DNA of 59,058 nucleotides, filler included, from Sphacelaria rigidula (Eukaryota): NCBI GenBank assembly GCA_964200075.2. It is 9 parts of 9 records of this genome, joined end to end, with 100 filler letters (N's around TTAATTAATTAA, not from the genome) between each part and the next. Parts side by side here need not be neighbours in the genome. Positions count along the whole stretch, not along the records: positions 52,588 to 59,058 come from CAXNAA020019874.1; 8 more parts are not named here. One strand, 5' to 3'. Shown piece by piece: positions 58,881 to 59,058 of this stretch (position 1 is its first letter; each line of letters starts with the position of its first letter). The notes under the pieces were generated by a model. It saw only the letters and a program-made list of their open reading frames with translations, ran no database searches and was not told where the DNA came from. The position numbers and the translations under genes were made by a program.

Positions 58881-59058
58881 TTCATCGCTGTTAATATGCT
58901 GTTCAGCCTTTAGAGCACGCATAAAATATACTCTATACAGAATGGGCATGGTACTGGCAAAAAAAACGTACGACGAAATTATTTTGTGCTCAAAATAACG
59001 TCCTCCGACGAAGGCCATGGCCGGTCTTGCCGGTACGGCGTGGGGAGGGTCTTTTCGG

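Overview
Repeat-rich eukaryotic DNA, most likely from a brown alga (inferred from the EsV-1-7 repeat gene and the Ectocarpus-type one-LRR-per-exon gene). The window is not one locus. It is nine unrelated ~6.47 kb contigs joined by ~100 bp N-TTAATTAATTAA-N spacers, so no synteny across gaps is meaningful. Host genes: (1) on contig 3, a disrupted gene whose 5' part resembles stonustoxin/neoverrucotoxin (MACPF/CDC-like, helical and thioredoxin-like segments), splice-phase compatible with an LRR N-cap exon and four single-LRR exons. This possible pore-former/LRR sensor fusion is the top finding. (2) An intronless 752-aa EsV-1-7 repeat gene. (3) The last exon of a histone H1 gene with a histone-type 3' stem-loop. 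(4) One coiled-coil exon. The rest is mostly transposon debris: a Copia pol relic, RTE-like LINEs, a LINE family ending in oligo(C), two tRNA-derived SINE families, hAT-type elements with 8-bp TSDs, a MITE family with 4-bp TSDs, a TA-flanked MITE, solo LTRs, foldbacks and minisatellites. All protein family calls are by eye; no searches were run. Boundaries without a TSD or splice site are approximate.
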